A DNA stretch of 64,000 nucleotides, taken from the NCBI RefSeq assembly GCF_036971445.1, contig NC_091482.1, positions 2,728,001-2,792,000 of the forward strand, read 5' to 3'. The notes below the pieces were generated by a model. The model did no database searches. It was given only the letters and a program-made list of their open reading frames with translations, and was not told the DNA's origin. The stretch comes from Narcine bancroftii (taxonomy: Eukaryota). Positions 35,346 to 48,244 of this stretch are shown here, piece by piece (position 1 is the first letter of the stretch; every line of letters starts with the position of its first letter). Both the position numbers and the translations under genes were made by a program.

Positions 35346-36709
35346 CTCATCTTGTTAAGCAGTTGTTGTGATTTGATAGATTAAACCAAGGTAGAACTTG
35401 CATGGTGAATGGTAGGATCCTGGAGAGGACTGTAGAAAAGAGGGACTTGTGGCTCTAGATCCATAGATCCATGAAAGTGGTGAAGGCAGGGAGATGGTAA
35501 CTTTTTCATAGAAAGGGTGATGGGTTTCTAGTGTGAGGTGGTGGGATCGGGTACAGTTGTAAAGTTTAAAAGTCATTTGGACAGACATTCATTTGAATAG
35601 AAAAGATTTAGGAGAATTTTAGACTTGCATAAAGCACGGTAACAGGCCCTTTCGGCCCACATGCCCATGCCACCCAATTACACCCAATCGGCCTACAGAC
35701 CCTGATACATTTTCTTTTGAATTTTGAATTTATTTTTTTTCAAAAATTATACATTGTGATATTTTTAATATACAATATATTTAATAGTTTTTTTCTCACA
35801 AGCTCAACAAATAAAACAGTCCCTCCCTTACCCCCCCACCCTTACATTTAGATCTATTCACCGTCAGAGCTTGCATATATTTTAAGTATATAGAGTACAG
35901 TTGGGGAAACTGTTTCTCAGGTACATTTTCGAACGGTGGAAAGAAACTGTTGTTGGTGGGGGGGGGGGGGAACCCACACAGACATGGGGGGAACGAACAA
36001 ACTCCTTACAGACAGCGCTGTATTTGAACCTCGATCTTGATTGCTGGCACTTTCTCAGTGTTGCACTCACTGATACACTAACCATGCTGCCCTAATGGCA
36101 AATGGCCTCTGTCTCACCCTTCCAAAACTCTCCTCTTCAAACTTTCCCTGTAGTAACTTGCCTCAGTCCTAATGACGAATTTTGGCTCGAAATATCTCCC
36201 AGTGATATGGCTTGACCCGCTTAGTTCCTCCAGCAGATTGTGTTTGGCTTCAGATGCCAGTACTTGCCGTCAATGAGACTAGTTCAGCAAGTCACCTTGG
36301 AGCGACCAAGGTTCCCTGCTGCACAGCTGCACAACTGTGACACGATGAACAGGAAGGACCTGTTTCCCTGGTGGAGTCATCACGGACAAGCCTGACTGCT
36401 ACCATTCAGAGAATAGTTTGCAGTGAGGGCAGAAACCTCAACATTTATAAATAATTGAATGAACATTTGATGACTTCAGGGCCGAGGCTGCACTCTTAAA
36501 AACTACGTGATGGAAGCAACATAAACCTCTGTTTCTTCCTGATGTTGGCAGCCAGGGTCAAATAGTCAATATACTACATATCTATGATTCTGTGAATGAG
36601 ATAGAACCATAGAACGTTGCAGAACAGAAATGAGCCCTTTGGGTCTCCTTGTCCATGCCAAACTAATATTCTCCCTGACCTGCATCCCCAACCTTAGCCT
36701 TCCCATACA

Positions 36710-36895
36710 AGGGTATACAGTACTGGTGGGGATGTGTCTGTCACTGTTTAACACCACGTTGCAGTAGGGGACAGGTCTGTCCCTGTTTAACACTAGGGTA
36801 CAGTACTGATGGGGACAGGTCTATCACTGTTTAACACCAGGGTACATTACTAGTGGGGATGGGTCTGTCACGGTGTAACATTGGGGTACAGTACC
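36710..36895. repeat. ~43-bp degenerate minisatellite (GGGTACAGTACTGGTGGGGACAGGTCTGTCACTGTTTAACACT-like), ~4-5 copies
   Basis: Repeated CAGTACTG.TGGGGA..GGTCT.TCACTGTTTAACAC units. Confidence 0.75.
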
Positions 36896-37141
36896 CCACT
36901 TGCCCAACTAGACTGGTGACCTCAGCTGTTAAAATCTGAGCCCAGTGTTTGGTGGAACCTGTTCATAACTCTGTGTGACGTACACTTTCTCGTGTCCTTG
37001 TTCTATCTTTGGGATCAAGGATTGGGACCTGTTCTGAAGTCACTGCCTAGTTAACACAAGGGTTAGGGTTTGGGGGGTTGGCCAGTGGCCTTTGTGTACA
37101 CCCGACAACTCCACCTCACTGTTCTTTGCTCTGCTTTGCAG

Positions 37142-37388
37142 CTGACTGGCCAAAGACCCTGACTGGATTGCCCAGCACGTCTGGCACCACTGCCAGCGTG
37201 GTGATCATCTGCCGGGACAAGATGTATGTGGCACATGTGGGCGACTCTGGTGTGGTGCTGGGGGCACAGGGCAGCCCACCCCTAGGCCAGGGTCAGAGCG
37301 AGGGACCCGTCCACGCCCTGGAGGTGACGCAGGATCACAAGCCAGAGCTCCCCAAGGAGAAGAAGCGGATCGAGGGACTGGGAGGGAG
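37142..37388 (+). CDS. PPM1D: PPM1D exon 2
   Basis: (P)[22 protein letters not shown]...[13 protein letters not shown]...[21 protein letters not shown]; acceptor ttgcAG, donor GTAAGT. Confidence 0.97.
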
Positions 37389-37411
37389 GTAAGTTCGGGG
37401 TGAGGAGCTGA

Positions 37412-37774
<363 letters not shown>

Positions 37775-40354
37775 TGATGGGATGAATGTTGGGAGTTGGA
37801 GATTTGTGCCTGCTGGATGTTGCGCGAGTTGATATGTATAAATGTACTTGCTGCAGATACACACAATGTTATTAACTACTATTGTGTAAATTAAATTAGC
37901 ATAATACACTCTAAGACTGTAAAAGGATAATTAAATTAATACTCGCAGTTGCAGTTAATGCAAGTGATGTTTAGGTAGTGCAGATATGGTAGTTTCTGGT
38001 TTGGGTAGTGTGGAGAGATTTAGATGGCAGCTTGCTGTTGGATTTAAATCTCTTTGCAAACTTGGAGGTACTGGACTGCATGGTGAACCTCTGGAATTTG
38101 CTACCATGGGTGGCTGTGGAGTCCAAGTTGTTGGGTGTGTTTAAGGCAGAGATTGATGGGTATCGGTATAGTCAAAGGTTATTTTTACATTTTTAATTTA
38201 AACAAAAATAGACAGAGCACAGGAAACTGGCCCTTTTTCCCACGAGCCTGTGCTGCCCCATTACACCTATTGACCTACAATCCCTGGTAATTTTTTTTTT
38301 GAACAATGGGAGGAAGCCGGAGCATCTGGAGAAAACGCACACACATAAGGGGAGAACGTACAAACTCCTTACAGAGAGCGCAGGATTTGAACCCCTGTCT
38401 TGATCCCAAGGCACTCTAACGGCGTTGCGCTAACTGCTAGAGTAAACGTGCCACCCTTATGGGGAGAAGGCAAGGGAGTGGGGCTGAATGAGAGAATTGA
38501 TTAGCTCATGATGGAATAGCAGAATGGACTCGACAGACCAAATGGCCTATTGCTCCGATATCTAATGGTATCAGCGAGAACGTTGTGATCAGGGTGAGGG
38601 AGATGTTTTATGATGTTGGCTGCCTTCTTGAGGCAGCATTTCATGTAGATGTTTTCAGTAAACGGGAGGTCGGAGCCAGTGATGGGCCTCAACTAGGTTT
38701 ACTACTTTCTGAATCCTTTGATGTTCTGAACACCTGAGTTTCCAAAGCAGGCCGTGATCCAACCAATCGGTATACGTGCCACAGTTCACCTACAGAAGTT
38801 CAATAGGAATTCTTTTACAACCCAACTTCCCCCAGAATCAGAAACACCACTCTCCAGCACCTCTTGCCGTGAAGACAAGAGTACGGAAACAGGCCCTTCG
38901 GCCCAGTGTCTGTTCTCCTATTGTACCCCTCTAAGCTGTTCCCATCTACTTGCATGGGCAGTCAGACTGTTGGTGGGAGTGACCCTTCTCACCTGACGAT
39001 GAATGAGGCTAACTGCCTGGCTCACAGGCTGGGGGGGGGGGGTGTGGGAGCAGGCATTTCTCCCCCTCGCTTATGTTGTCCTTGTGGCAGGTGGGGGGGT
39101 GGAGGGATGCCACAGTGTCACTCTGACCTTGTCCATCCCTTCATTGGCCTGGGTAACACCATGTAGTGCCAACCCTGTGACCCTCTTGCAGCTGGAACAT
39201 CCAGTGCATTATCTATTGTCATATCCCACTATGTGGGGGTGGCATAGTTAGCCCAACGCCTTTACAGTCCCATCAGTGGACTGGGATTCGAATCCCACAC
39301 TGTCTGTAAGGAGTTTGTACATTCTCCCCATTTCTGCATGGGTTTCCTCCCGGGGCTCTGGTTTCTTCCCACCCTTCAAAATGTACTGGATTGTAACGTA
39401 ATTGGGGAGCATGGACTCATGGGCCAGAAGGCCCTGTGACCCTGTAACTGTGCTTATGTCTGAAATTTAAATAGACATGCCCCAAAATTGTTGCTTGCTG
39501 CAGCCACACGGGTACGTAGGGTGCACCAGCTTCTCTTAAGTTACTGAGACCTCAGCACCAATATGAGTGATGTAAAATCTTGCAACCAGGAAAGGACCTG
39601 TTTTCAGTGAAACACAAAGTCTGCAGATGCTGTGATTGTAGTTTAAATAAAAACAGAAAAATGATCTATCAGTGTCCATAGGAGGTAAAGATATATTACC
39701 AGCATTTCAGGCCTAAGGCCCTACTCAAGGTATAAGTAAAAAGCAGGCAGGCATCTGAATTAAAATGCTGGGAGGAGGAAAGAAAGAGCAGGAGAGGAGA
39801 TAATTGGACATAGATGGAAGGATAAGAGAGGAAAGGCGAGAACATCCATACATCTCTTTTCCTCGAGCTGTTTCTCTCTCTTCCCTTTTCCATCTGTCTC
39901 CCTTTCCACCAACCCTACATTCACGGAACCACCTTCTCTCTGATCAATTCTTACCTTTTTCTCTCCTATTCAAGTCCAATTCTGACCCTTTGCCTGTTGG
40001 TCTGTGCTCTTTGCCCCACTCTTTCTTTCCTTTACCCCAGCCTTTTAATTCAGGCACCGGCCTGCTTTTTACTCAAACTTTGAAGGGCTCTGGCCCGGAA
40101 CGTTGGTAATACATCTTTACGTCCCATGAGACCGGCTGAGTTTCTCCAGCATTTCTCCGTCTTTACCAAGGACCTGTTTATGGGTACTTTCTGTTTCTAA
40201 TTAGCCACCAAAATTTCTGCCCACCACGGGTACGGGGATGTACTAACAGCATGTTCCAATGGGCTGAGCTGCAGGTTGGGTTGGGTTTGGTGATGAGGAG
40301 GGGGCTATGTCCCAGTTGTTGGCCTGACCGATCCCTTCTTGTCTTCTCTTGCAG

Positions 40355-40545
40355 GAGATCTGTGGAGTTACGATTTTTACAGTGGCAAGTTTGTGGTCTC
40401 GCCAGAACCAGACACAAGCGTCCACACCATCAACTGCCGAGACCACAAGTACATCATTCTTGGCAGTGATGGGCTGTGGAACATGATCCCTGCCCAGGAC
40501 GCAGTCACCATCTGCCACGACAACGAGGACAGGAGGCGATTACTG
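40355..40545 (+). CDS. PPM1D: PPM1D exon 4
   Basis: (G)[63 protein letters not shown]; AG/GT boundaries. Confidence 0.97.
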
Positions 40546-40725
40546 GTGAGATACTGGGCCCCTCTCCCCACCCACCACATCCTTGACCTGCCCCACAGAA
40601 CTGCATCTTCTCGGTCAACCTCGATAATGAGTTTGTCATACACATTGCACAATGTACATCTGCATCAAAATACTTGCATGCTGCAGCCGAACAGGTGCTT
40701 TGTCAAAATAATAACTGCAATTACA

Positions 40726-41041
40726 CAGTAAAACCCCTGGTATCTGGCACTGTTCGCTTGAGATTCTGTGTTGCATGATGGCGAGACTCGCCAATTTTAA
40801 TGCTTTGGACGCCATGTCCCTGTTTTTCGGGACTACCAACAAGTATATATACTCTGTGTTCCAGTTTTCTGGGACTGGTTTTATACCTAACCCACCACCT
40901 GGTTCATACTGTAGTTTACCCATGGACCCAACCATTGGCTGTACTTTAATACTGTAAAAGTTTACCCATAGTTTCAGTCCAGAGTATTTTCCTTGATGTT
41001 TTTACCAGTTGCTTCAATTCTGAATAACAGGGGTTTTACTG
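40726..41041. mobile_element. Tigger-like MITE in PPM1D intron 4
   Basis: TIRs CAGTAAAACCCCTG / CAGGGGTTTTACTG. Confidence 0.7.
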
Positions 41042-41625
41042 TCATTGAATTAAAAAGAGACAATAAGTACGAGATTTGAGATGGGACATAAAACTTGAGA
41101 GCACAAGACCCAAAAGTAAAAATGAATCACCACTCTTCACCAGTCATAATTGGTTATTCAAGTTCAGGTTTATTGGGGCAAGGTGCACGGATCAAGGTTG
41201 TTTTGCAAGCAGTCCAGTTAGACATCTTGAACATAGTACAGCAAGTAAGACACAGTACTAAAGAGTTATAGAGAGAGAGATCAGCTGGGAAAGAGCAAAG
41301 GGAAAACATAATTTTACCATATTGGGGTTCATTCAAGAGTCTGATAATGGCAGGAAAGAAATTCGTGCGAGGGAGGCTTTATGGTGGGGGGGGGGGGGAT
41401 GGAAGGAAGTGTGTCTGCTATGGGAAGAAGTCATGTTATGTTGGACATTCTTCAGAGGCAGTGGGAGTCCTTGAATCTGGTGGTGCATAACACTGGTTCT
41501 GGAGGGTGGGGTTGAAGAGAGTGTGGCTGGCGTGGGGGGTGCAGAGCCTCTGGTGTGGCGCTTGCTGCGGCGGGAGCTCATTGGGACTGTGGGCACCCAG
41601 CTAACATGGTTTTGTCTTCCGGCAG

Positions 41626-41865
41626 GAGGAGCCAGGATCCACAAGTGCTAGGCTACTGGTGAACCGGGCACTGGGCCGGTGGCGCCAGCGCATGCTGAGG
41701 GCAGACAACACCAGCGCCATGGTGATCTGCATTGACCCGCCCAGCCGCAGCTGCAGCCCGCTCTGTGCCGAGGAGCTGCGGCTTAAGCTGACTGGTGGCC
41801 CTGCGGGCCAGGCCAAAGAGTGCTGGCTGCAGCCACCGATGCCTTGCAACTCGCCGCAGCCCAAG
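41626..41865 (+). CDS. PPM1D: PPM1D exon 5
   Basis: EEPGSTSARLLVNRALGRWRQRMLRADNTSAMVICIDPP...SPQPK; acceptor ggcAG. Donor AAG|GTACAC inferred from phase and length (240 nt). Confidence 0.88.
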
Positions 41866-42783
41866 GTACACCAGGGAGAGCCTTGCAATGGCACCTTCTC
41901 GCCCTCCCCTGGGCACCTGAGCCATTCTGCAGTTCCCTTCCTTGTCATTCCCCTCTTCCCTTCCCTGAACATCAGTCCCTTTCCCCTGTCCATCTGAACC
42001 ATCCTCTGCTCCCACCCCTCTTTAAATGTCTGTCCCCTTCCCCCACCTACCTCATCCCTGAACTGTCCATCCCCTCCCACCCTCATACTACATCCCATCC
42101 CCTCTCCATTTCTCTGAACCGTCCATGCCCCCTTCCCTGAAATGTCTATCCCCTCCCCCAACTCACCCCCCCTTCCCCACCCCTGAACTGTCCAATCCCT
42201 TCTCCCATCCTGTTCCCAACCTGAACTGTCTTTTCCAATCACCCTTCCCCACTCTCTCCATCCCCTCCCTGTCCGATTCATTGCCCCCCCCAACCCAGAA
42301 CACACCGTTGTGGTTGAGGCAATGGGTTGGGTGGCACAAGCTCCCTGGAGATGACAACCTTCTGTAGCAGCAGTTCCTGCTGGGTGCAGGCACTGCAAAT
42401 ATGAGTACAGAAGATGCCCCCACCCCACTGAGAACGAGCTGCCTGGCCCGGCCCTCAGTACAACCAGGCTGGGCTGTGCTCCTCTTTCCCCTCCCCTTTT
42501 CCCTGCTCCCACCCCATCCCCACCTGTCTGAGCTTGAGTCCTGGGAGGATAAAGCACCTCAAGCTGCTGATTCTGAGGGTTCGTGATGACCAGGGTCCTC
42601 ACTGGTTCACTTGGTAGGAGGTGGGGGAAAATCCTCAGTGCCTCTCGTTTGGGGGGGGGGGGTGGGGGAAGCAGGTGCTGGGGACGGGTACCTGCCAGTT
42701 TCCTTGCAGGCACCCTAGGGTGGCAGCCAGACGGGATGCTGGATATTCCCCTGTTTCTGAATTTCCCTATCCTCTCCTGACAG

Positions 42784-43215
42784 GCTGCTGACGAGATGTC
42801 CCCAACTTGGTTTTGCTCCGGTTTCGTCCCTGTGCTGGCGAGGAGAGAGCCCTGGAGTGGCAGGAGCCCGCCGGCTGAGGTTGCCATGGCCACAGAGAAC
42901 TTGGGAGGGCCAGCAACCCAGGCTGGGGACCGACGGAGGGGACCCTGGACGATGCGGCCTGGCTGGGATGGGGTCGGCGTTGGACTGAAGCGGACGCTGG
43001 AGGAGCTGAACGGGGCAGCCCCCTCCTCGGCCAAGAGACTGAAGGCAAGGGGGGGGCGAGGCAGTGCCGGAGGGGGCCCAGCCGGGACAAATCCTGGGGC
43101 CCCACCCAGGCGCAGGAACACAGACAAACAGGTGACACGGAGGAGCCTGAGGGGACAGCGCCGGCTGAGGAACGCTCTACTCCCCCAGCACAGGAAGACT
43201 ATCTGCGTGTGCTAA
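42784..43215 (+). CDS. PPM1D: PPM1D exon 6 (C-terminal regulatory tail)
   Basis: gacAG acceptor, then AADEMSP...GLKRTLEE...TRRSLRGQRRLRNALLPQHRKTICVC*, matching the human LKRTLEE and HRKTVCVC terminus. Confidence 0.9.
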   Translation, partial: AADEMSPTWFCSGFVPVLARREPWSGRSPPAEVAMATENLGGPATQAGDRRRGPWTMRPGWDGVGVGLKRTLEELNGAAPSSAKRLKARGGRGSAGGGPAGTNPGAPPRRRNTDKQVTRRSLRGQRRLRNALLPQHRKTICVC

Positions 43216-45060
43216 TGGAGGAGGGGGGCACATTGCTCTGGGTGGGGAAGGGAGGGGGGGATCGAGGCCTCGGGCTAAGGAAATAATTATTTTAAAAATC
43301 TGTAAAGAGAATGGAAAATGAGCATCTGCGTTTGACTTGGAGCGCCGCTGTGAGTACTGTTCACTCAGTTATCGTGCAAGGTTCCCTCTCTGGCCCGACT
43401 CCCAGTCAGCCGCTCACCCACAGTCACCAGGGAACATTGTCACCCCCCCACCCCCTCCCCCTGAAGTTTGGGAGGTGCATCGATCTGAGTGTCCAGGTTT
43501 GGTCTCTTTCCCCTCATTAGCCTCTTTGGTTGAGCCTGGAGATGAGGGTAGAGGTACCCCCTCTCTTCCACCACCACCCCCCCCCCACCCCCACAAAAAA
43601 AATTGTTGCCAGCTACTTTCATCGTCTATGTGATTGGAACCAATACTGGGTTCTTTTCATGCTGGTCTGAACTGTTCTCTGGGAGTCCCCACCTGCCATT
43701 AGCTGTGGCAACTCTGGCCAAATTGTGTGGTCTATCAGTGAGAGGGTGGATGGAGGAGTGGAGTGGGGCTGCAGACCAGGTCAGACTGGCCTCATCTCCA
43801 CCTCCCACCTCCTTTTGCCAACCCCAGCCTTCTGATGAATCTGTTTTAACTCCTTTCTGCTTTTGCTTTTGTTTATTTTTAAGGTTGGAAATTTATACAG
43901 GAAGCAAATAATCTCAGCACAGAGAATAGATGTTTTAAATCAGTTTCCCAAGGGTCTTGGAGCCATTTTATTCCCGTATTAAGGCAGGCACTATTCGCCC
44001 TTCCTTTGTTTGAGAGACCTGCTGTCTGGGATTTCTTTTTTAACCAGTTGTGATTTTCTTTGGTCGGATGTTCTCATCAGGAGTACTTGTCCATTCACGC
44101 AGATGTTCCAAACCAATATACAGATATATCTTTTTGTTAAGCTGGCGCTGTGTGTGTGCATGTTTACATACTCTGTAGGTGTCCATGTGTGCGTGCCTGC
44201 ATGTTCCTGTGATGTCTATGCTTTTGTGTGTGTCTCCCCACCTTCTCCTGTATGTGTGTGTGTACTTTTGTGTTCCTGTGTGTGTATCTGTATACTCCTG
44301 AGTGTGTGTGCCTCTTTTTCACAAGTGTCTGCGCACGCTTATGTGCGTGCTGCACACTTAGGTGCATGTGCGCGCTTGTGGGGGGGGAGGTGTGCGTGTG
44401 CGTGCCTTCAGTAAACGAGTGCTCAGGAACTTTGGTGTGGCTCCTACACAGATCCGGCACGAGGACCACAGACCCGTCTTCTAGGTACCTTGGCCATTGG
44501 CTGCTGTGCAGCCTTTCTGTTTGACCCCTGCTCCTTCCTAACTGACCAATCACTGGCCAGCCTTTTAAAATGTATTTGCATGTTTTTAAGTGCAAAAGGT
44601 GACCTGCTCGGTGGAGGGGGGGGGGGGGGGGGTGAGGGTGGGGGGGAGAGAGAGTGAGCAATGTGTCTGTCTGTAAAAAAAAAAATCACCACCTCTCGAT
44701 GTACTCATCCTGAAAGCACCAAACAGTCTGATTTCTTCGTGACCCAACTGAGTTCCGGAGAGGCCGAATGGCCTCCTGTTCTTAACCCTGAGCTTGTAAT
44801 TAATTCAGGGTGATGAAGAAATTAATCTTGTGGGTCTCGCCTCGTCCACTTGCTAAATCCTCCTTTATCACTGTGGGATCTTCACTCACAACCCCCTAAT
44901 ACCTGATGGTGCTGCTACAATTACAGATGGAGTTTTACTAATTTTGTATTAATATATATATGTGTATAGATATATATATTTGAAAGCTCTCGTTTCCAAG
45001 TATTAGTCCCTTGTTACTCCACTGTTTTGCTAAATAAAATGATGGCTCTTATCAATACCC
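43216..45060 (+). other. PPM1D: PPM1D 3' UTR (AATAAA 45033-45038), containing a degenerate (TG)n block at ~44148-44410
   Basis: Follows the stop codon; canonical poly(A) signal after an AU-rich block. Confidence 0.6.
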
Positions 45061-45334
45061 ATGTGTCCTCATCCTGTTGCCAGTGGGTTTCCTTCTGACG
45101 TGCGGGAAGCTGGGCTGCCTCTTTAGAGAGGGAGAGTGTGTGTCGTGGCCAGCTGGGGACCGATGGAGCCTTGGATGAGGTGAGTGCAGGGATTCACTGC
45201 CACCCCTTCCATCCCTGCTATGTCCATTTCACTTCCTCTCCTTTCCCCCAAATCACTGGATTCCTGTTGTTCTCATGAGCTGCCCTGTTCGATGGAACAC
45301 CCTCTGTCTCCGTTTTCCCCCCCCCCACCCCATC

Positions 45335-45945
45335 CTATTTCAATTTAAGTTTATTGTCATCTGATTGCACAAGTGCAACCCGAGGAAACAGCGTTCTTAG
45401 TGCAAAACATGCAGACGTAACCAGACAAACAATATATATGCAGGACAGGTATTCATATGTACAAAATAATATTGTTTTGTAAATATGAGAGTCTCGGATG
45501 GTTCGTGTAAGCTGTTCCTTTGGTCGTTCAGGATTCTCACTGCGGGTGGGAAGAAGCTGTTCCTCAGCCTGGTGGTGCTGGCTCTGATCCTCCTGCATCT
45601 CTTTTCCAATGGGAGCAGCTGAAAGATGCTGTCTACAGGGTGGAAGGGGGGCCTTAATGACTGAGTGCCCTCTTCAGACAATGATCCTGGTAGATCACAT
45701 TGATTGGAGGGTGGGTGATTCCAGTGATCCACTCTGCCACTCTTATGGTCCTGTGGATTGACCTCCGTTCCATTTCTCTGCAGCAACTGTACCACACTGG
45801 CCAGGACACTCTTGACCAAGCTCCAATAGAAGGTTGACATGATAGTGGCAGGTAACCTTGCCCATTTTTGTCTTCTCAGGAAGCACTGTGGTGCCTTCTT
45901 GACAAGTGAGGAGATGTGTGTCCATGATAGGTCTCTAAGTGACCA
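45335..45945 (-). mobile_element. Rex1/Babar-like non-LTR element 3' fragment
   Basis: Minus strand reads DLSWTHISSLVKKA...FYWSLVKSVL...HPVDSIFQLLPLEKRCRRIRASTTRLRNSFFPPAVRILN. Confidence 0.8.
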
Positions 45946-47189
45946 CTGCAGAGTTGCTGATGTGTTGGGGTGCCACCCTGACAATAATAGCAAGTTTATC
46001 ATCTGGCTGAACATATACAACCAGACGAACCAGCATTTCTCTGGACCACAGTGCTCACACACAATACTCAGCACATAATAATGACATAAATGCATAAAAA
46101 ATATAAAATGTGTAAATGTTTTGGAATATACTAGTTTTATTTATAAGAGAACCAAGGTCACGGATGCAGTTCATCAATCTCACAGCCTGTGGAATGAAGC
46201 TATTTCCCAGCCTGGCAGTCCTGATTTTGATGCTCCTGTACCTCCTTCTTGATGGCAGTGGGTCAAAGATCCTGTGTGATAGTTGGTATGAGTCCTCAAT
46301 AAAATTCCTTGAGCCCTATTTTGAGCAATGCTCCCAGTGAATCTCCTCAGTAGAGGAAAGGGCCACTTTAATGATTCTTTGTATTGACGATTGCTTGCCC
46401 TGCCTCAGACCTACCTTGGGCGCTGATGGCATGGAGTTTGCATGTTCTCCCTGTGGGATTCCACTGAATGCTCTGAGACTGAAGATAACAGGTCCATGCT
46501 CCAATCTCCTGCTGTGTTTGTGGCTTTTGCTTATCCCTCAGTTCAAAGTTACTGAAACAAATGATCTGTCTGCTATCACCCTGCAGTTTCTGGGAGTTTT
46601 CTTAGTGAGTTGATCTTTTAACCAATGTCTGCAGATCCAGGTTCAAGTGCAATACACAAACGTGTTTTGGGCCTGGGCCCTTCGCAAGGTAGAAGCAAAA
46701 ACGGGCAGGTGTCTGAATAAAAAGGTTGGGGGGGTGGAGCGGTTGAATGTACAAAGGTCACACTGCTGAATTGCATTATTGAGGCTTGTAAAATAATGAT
46801 CAACATGAGTTAGAAATATTGAAGAATAAATGTAGTCCTGAACAGTCCTGTGTTCCCTGGGGCTGTGGTCCATTGATATAAATGTCCGGAATTTGGATTT
46901 GCTTTGGAAACTTTCAATTGTAACAGAGCACTGAGAAAATTAAGTGGATGGTGAATTGAATTGAATGGTCAAGAGGAAATGGTGGAGGTGGTATTTCTGT
47001 TAACCCCCTCCCCTGGAGAGGTTTGTACATGAGGGCAGAGACATGTCAGCAAGGGGTTTGGTGATCTGTAATTCCACCACTCGGTCACCAGGGGTCATCC
47101 TGGTGACCTTGTCTCTAAAGCAGTCCAGATCTGCACTCCAGCCTTCCAGGTTGGTCTTGCAGAGAGAAAAGACCTCTTCGTGCACATTA

Positions 47190-47520
47190 AAGCTGTCTTA
47201 TCCTCACACTGCTGGTGTGGTTATTGTCAGGACAAGGGGTACGGTGCAGAATTGAAGTGGTTGGCCATTGGCCATCCCTGTCACTGCTGTGGTCAGAGCA
47301 AAGATGCTCAGCGAAGCGATCTCCCAGTCTTCGCACCGTCTCTCTAATGTGGAGGAGGCCATGACGGGAGCACAGGATACAGTCAATCACCCTGGCGGGT
47401 CCACAAGTATTGTTGGGTGTTTAAAGGCGTGTTTGGGAGGAGGTGTGGGGGCATGTGGCAATTCCTGCCGCCGCCGCAGGGGAAGGGATGAGTGGACGAG
47501 GAAGTCACAGAGGGATGGTC
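47190..47520 (-). mobile_element. Penelope-like GIY-YIG endonuclease fragment
   Basis: IDCILCSRHGLLHIRETVRRLGDRFAEHL, a degenerate C..C...YIGET.R.L..RF.EH motif. Confidence 0.75.
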
Positions 47521-47719
47521 CTGATGGAAGAATTGAGATGAACCACCTTGCTCAATGACCCGAAGGTGCAAGAACTGTTTTAATTGCAATTGCAACGATG
47601 GCCTGCACTCCATCACAAGCACCTTTCTGTAATTTAAAACAAGCTGGTCTTTGCACGTTTCCAGCCTTGACCCGTGTGACCCCCTGCCTGTTTCCAACAT
47701 CCTCCGCTTCTTGCTCAAT

Positions 47720-48235
47720 TGGATCAGGTCAAGGACGGCCATTTGGATGATTGACAGCCGGCGCGGGGCAAGGCTGCCACGTGCGCCATGTCCCGCCCCT
47801 GTCACGTGAGCCAGTGGGCGGGGCCGACACCGTTGATTGACGGCAGCCCCGGCGAGAGGTTGCTGAAAGACTCGCGAGGACTCGATGTAAACAAAACGAG
47901 GAGTCATCACGGGGCAGAGTCGGGCGTTTCTCCCCACGCCGTCGAGACGTGGCCTTTCCTCGATGGAGAAGGCGGAAAGGTGCATTGAGTGGAGATCGCT
48001 GAGGGGAAACGAAGGCCCGGCTTCTGTGGCGACACCGAGAAAGGCCCGCCCACATGACGCCGATTGGTAGATCGCCGTCAGCCAGAGAGTCGATCTGTCA
48101 TCCGATTGGTTGCAGCGGCTGTCGTTCAAGCGGAGTCCCGGTCGGTGGCGGCCGTCGAGTGAAGCCGCTGAGGAGATCGCGGGTTCGTGACCCATTTTCT
48201 TTGAACGTGATTCCCGGTGTGTTGTGTGGAATGGC
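47720..48235 (+). promoter_or_regulatory. CpG-island promoter / probable non-coding exon 1 of BCAS3
   Basis: CpG-rich. TGATTGACAG at 47748-47757, CACGTG at 47778, GTCACGTGAG at 47801, TGTAAACA at 47886, ATTGG at 48063 and 48105. It is the only CpG island between PPM1D and the BCAS3 ATG exon. Confidence 0.7.
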
Positions 48236-48244
48236 ACACCGCTT

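Noticed and set aside
41601-43127. 508-aa antisense ORF
   Set aside because: Shadow of GC-rich PPM1D exons 5-6 and a C-rich intron; low complexity, no domain.
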